Shown here: positions 35,451 to 38,427 of the stretch, in pieces | How positions within the stretch are numbered: the first letter of the stretch is position 1 | Layout: every line of letters starts with the position of its first letter | Origin: Asterionella formosa | Lineage: Eukaryota | Reading direction: 5' to 3' | Length of the DNA: 38,427 bases | Assembly: GCA_002256025.1 (NCBI GenBank) | Contig: NKIB01015073.1 | Location: 1-38,427 of the forward strand | Position numbers and translations under genes: made by a program | Notes under the pieces: generated by a model | The model's database searches: none | What the model was told of the DNA's origin: nothing | The model's input: only the letters and a program-made list of their open reading frames with translations

Positions 35451-37820
35451 CTAGAGATCCGGTCCATCGTCGGCTGCGTCGCTGACATTTGGTGGCTTCT
35501 CATCATCCAAGTTCTCTTCCTCGATTTCTTCTTTCTTGTTGCCTTCTGCAACATAATCACCCCACTCATCTGCATGGCGAACTTCAACACCGTATTTGGT
35601 TTCTAATCGCTTCCATAATGCCTTCTTCTTACCACGATATTTCCACACTAGGTAGCGAGCATTGTGTTTGTCGCCGGCGGCCAATGATCCAGGCGCTGCG
35701 TGCTTGTAGTACGCCAAGAGGCGCTTTGTATCGCGTTCAAAGACATGTTCTTCCCAGTAAGATTTGATCATGAAGCCACCGAAGAAGAGAATGGCTACGA
35801 CGATACCCACCCAGTATCGGATAGTAGAGTTGCGAGCAGACTTGAGAGCCTGTACGACTGTTTCAAGTTCGCCCACTAATGAATAATGAATAATACCTGT
35901 GCTCCCGACGCTGAGTTGCAGTGACACTCTTTCACATGCAACGCGTTTCTCTTCGTCATTTGGGTCACTCTTGGTCAAGGGTTGCATGACATCACCCACC
36001 CTGATCCATTCTCCATTTCTGGAACACTTCTGGTAGATTTGAAGTTGAAAGTCCAGGGCCGCTTCTTCCCGCTTTGGAATACCCTTAGCGCCTTCTTGGC
36101 TCTTGATTGCCAGAATCAGCTCCTCGTCTGTCATTGCACCCTTTGCAGCTCGCATTGCAGCACATTCTGCGGCGTTTATTTCAATAGGGAAAGGACCAGC
36201 AGGAACTCTACGATCGAAATCGAAAATGGTCTTAACATCTGTCCACTTTCCCTTGGTGTAGGACAACTTGATCCCAACGGCAGTTGGAGCGACGTCTTGG
36301 ACTCGATGAGCTAAGCAAGCCTTAGGCTTCTTGTTGGCTCCCTCCGTCAGTGCTGGTAAGCGACCATGTGAGACTCCTCCTAATATGGCAGTTCCAAGGG
36401 CGACAGCCTCGGATTTGGTCGAGAAAACAGGGACTTGCTCCCAAGTATCTAGATATTTACGAGCGAATTCCAACTGCTTTTTAAGAGCTTCTTGTTCCTT
36501 GTTGGATCCGTATGATACGAATCCGACTGGACCCTCGATTTCGGGGTAAATCTCATCCAATTTTTCATACAAGGCTCGGAGACAGTTGCCAACTTGCTGT
36601 GAGGGATCTGGAGATAGAATGGACATGTTTGCTAGCACCTTGAAGTCACCGTACACGCACGCTGGGACTTCGGTTTGGACAGTCGACAACTGAGCAGCTG
36701 TGCATTCAACTCCATCCGGAGTCATGCCAACCATGATAATTAACGGATCGTAACTAAAGCTAGTACCATCATTCCTTGATTGATGAGCTTTCGCCAAGGC
36801 TTGGGTGACTTCACTAACCCTTTCCAGAATTGGGTTAACCTGTTTCAGGTCCGGCAACAGAGCACCAGTTAATGCCGCCACGCTTCGTTGAAAAAAAACT
36901 CCACCAGAAATGGTATCCAACCAAGCTTCCATACTAGCATCGTAACAGGCCCATGACGGAAGGGAAACGGCGACAGGATATTCCAAAATGTCATCATCGT
37001 TGCTCGAACTATGATTCATGCGAGCCACTGCCGCTTGAGCGACTGCCACGACCAATCCAGTTGCTTCTTCTGGCAAAACAGTGAGTGCTTTCTTGCTGTC
37101 CGCTAGGCGAACCTTATATACCACTCGGTCAAAATCGTCCCCACAAGGTGTGGAAATTCCGTCCAAAGTTCCGTTTGCAATCTGGACTCCATCCGTTGTG
37201 TCCTCTGAAATCATCGTCGCTTTAGAATCTCTGTCTGTGTCTTGAATTTTATTATTAAATGACTCTCGCTGAGATTCAGGAACGTCAGCAAGCCGTCTCA
37301 CACCCATCAGTTTGTGAGGGGCATAAAGGACGAGGCAATTGTCACCGTCGTCCGCCTGAGTGGCCAAAACATCCGTTCGCAAAGCCTCATAGCCCTTATC
37401 CTTGGTCAAATATTTGCGCAATATTTTGTGAGGAGTTTCACCTTTCCTAAATTTGACTTGGGACTTCAATTTACCCACCAACGAAGGCAGCAAGCCTTGA
37501 TCAGGCTCGGATGGCCTTGGCGGGAAGCTCGCCACAATCGGATCCTTGGCGAAGATATCAATGCCGACCAGCGGCAAATGCTGCTTCGATTTCACTTGCG
37601 ACATGCTTATGTTCTGGTTCTTATCGATCAAGTCAGCACCAAGAGCAGCGATTGAGACAGGAGGCCCACCCACACTACCACCAGGAATACCTTGAGCTTG
37701 TAGCGGAGGTTGCACCGCTTGATGCTGTGCCATGGCGTTCGCTTGGGCCATGACAAGACCACCACCAGCCATGGCCCCTCCGAGGCCTCCGCCTCCTCCA
37801 ACGCTAGTTGCTAATGACAT
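35451..37820 (-). CDS. Degenerate Hsp70-fold protein with a single C-terminal TM helix and a small helical tail domain (about 789 aa)
   Basis: Collinear Hsp70-like remnants 'LVGIDI', 'HKLMGVR', 'LPEEATGLVV', 'VAVSLPSW', 'SEAVALGTAILG' and 'VQDVAPTAVGI'. TM 'YWVGIVVAILFFGGFMI'. Tail 'RLLAYYKHAAP...KYRGKKKALWKRLETKYG'. The first true ATG is at 37820. Confidence 0.75.
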   Translation of the reverse strand: MSLATSVGGGGGLGGAMAGGGLVMAQANAMAQHQAVQPPLQAQGIPGGSVGGPPVSIAALGADLIDKNQNISMSQVKSKQHLPLVGIDIFAKDPIVASFPPRPSEPDQGLLPSLVGKLKSQVKFRKGETPHKILRKYLTKDKGYEALRTDVLATQADDGDNCLVLYAPHKLMGVRRLADVPESQRESFNNKIQDTDRDSKATMISEDTTDGVQIANGTLDGISTPCGDDFDRVVYKVRLADSKKALTVLPEEATGLVVAVAQAAVARMNHSSSNDDDILEYPVAVSLPSWACYDASMEAWLDTISGGVFFQRSVAALTGALLPDLKQVNPILERVSEVTQALAKAHQSRNDGTSFSYDPLIIMVGMTPDGVECTAAQLSTVQTEVPACVYGDFKVLANMSILSPDPSQQVGNCLRALYEKLDEIYPEIEGPVGFVSYGSNKEQEALKKQLEFARKYLDTWEQVPVFSTKSEAVALGTAILGGVSHGRLPALTEGANKKPKACLAHRVQDVAPTAVGIKLSYTKGKWTDVKTIFDFDRRVPAGPFPIEINAAECAAMRAAKGAMTDEELILAIKSQEGAKGIPKREEAALDFQLQIYQKCSRNGEWIRVGDVMQPLTKSDPNDEEKRVACERVSLQLSVGSTGIIHYSLVGELETVVQALKSARNSTIRYWVGIVVAILFFGGFMIKSYWEEHVFERDTKRLLAYYKHAAPGSLAAGDKHNARYLVWKYRGKKKALWKRLETKYGVEVRHADEWGDYVAEGNKKEEIEEENLDDEKPPNVSDAADDGPDL

Positions 37821-37881
37821 CGCGAGAAATGGTATTCCGTAGGCAAAGGGAATAACAAACGAGAGCAAGATACCGAACTAT

Positions 37882-38271
37882 GTACCTGGTACCTGGTACC
37901 ACCGATAATGATTTCCGCTAACATTGAAGGACAGACTACTGGTATGTACTGGTACAAACTAGTACATACCAGATACCGTTAAATATCTTAGGAGTCCCTA
38001 AGTACATGGTACAGTACCTGGTTGGTGGTACCAATACCTGAAACAATACGTGGACGTATTTTACGTACCGGTCCTGGTACGTATGTTCCTAATCCAACAC
38101 TTTTTTTACCGTTACTTTCTTCACGAGAAATGTGTATCCAATGTATAACTCTAAACGGAGCGATCACCATTTGAGTCTGTCCCTTTCCATATATGATACC
38201 AGGTACAGTATAGGCACAGGCACAGGTAGTATAGTACCTGGTAACCAAGTACAAGGTACCTGGTACCTGGT
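37882..38271. promoter_or_regulatory. Dense cluster of TACCTGG/GGTACC motifs upstream of the Hsp70-like gene
   Basis: Arrays at 37882-37900, 38034-38060, 38196-38205 and 38234-38271. A regulatory role is inferred from position only. Confidence 0.5.
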
Positions 38272-38427
38272 GAGCGATCTTACACATCAATCCAGATGTG
38301 TATAGGGTTAGTGTTATATCATTTATATCAGAATTCAATAATGAGAGAACTCGACTAACCCTTATGTATTGTATACTTTGGTGTCGACTCAGAAGACGAG
38401 CTGCACACAAAGAATAACTATTAAGCT

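Noticed and set aside
37988..38410. 140-aa ORF on the - strand
   Set aside because: Non-ATG start, and the translation is dominated by the TACCTGG motif (VPG/YLV repeats). It is AT-rich intergenic DNA.

Overview
This is eukaryotic nuclear DNA, most likely from a diatom or related stramenopile. The evidence is short GT-AG introns with TACTAAC-type branch points, a bipartite-like plastid leader and a CoDi-type Ty1/copia element. It is a gene-dense region with about 11 host genes: a FIT/Scs3-like membrane protein, Gemin2, MCM8 (2 exons), a FEX/CrcB fluoride exporter, a possible NDC1-like membrane protein (2 exons), a divergent GUF1/LepA, a DUF3598-like putative plastid protein (2 exons), a 95-aa two-exon orphan missed by the ORF track, xanthine dehydrogenase (4 exons), a two-exon protein with a PP1-docking-like motif, and a membrane-anchored degenerate Hsp70-fold protein. 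The window also holds a decayed, 3'-truncated Ty1/copia retrotransposon (about 26.1-32.05 kb) and a decayed intron-containing gene relic. The most notable observations are two. First, a TACCTGG/TACCGGTA palindromic motif family sits upstream of every host gene whose 5' flank is visible and is essentially absent from convergent 3' spacers. Second, the pseudo-Hsp70 carries a transmembrane anchor and a C-terminal helical domain. All family assignments are from motif recognition by eye, with no database searches.
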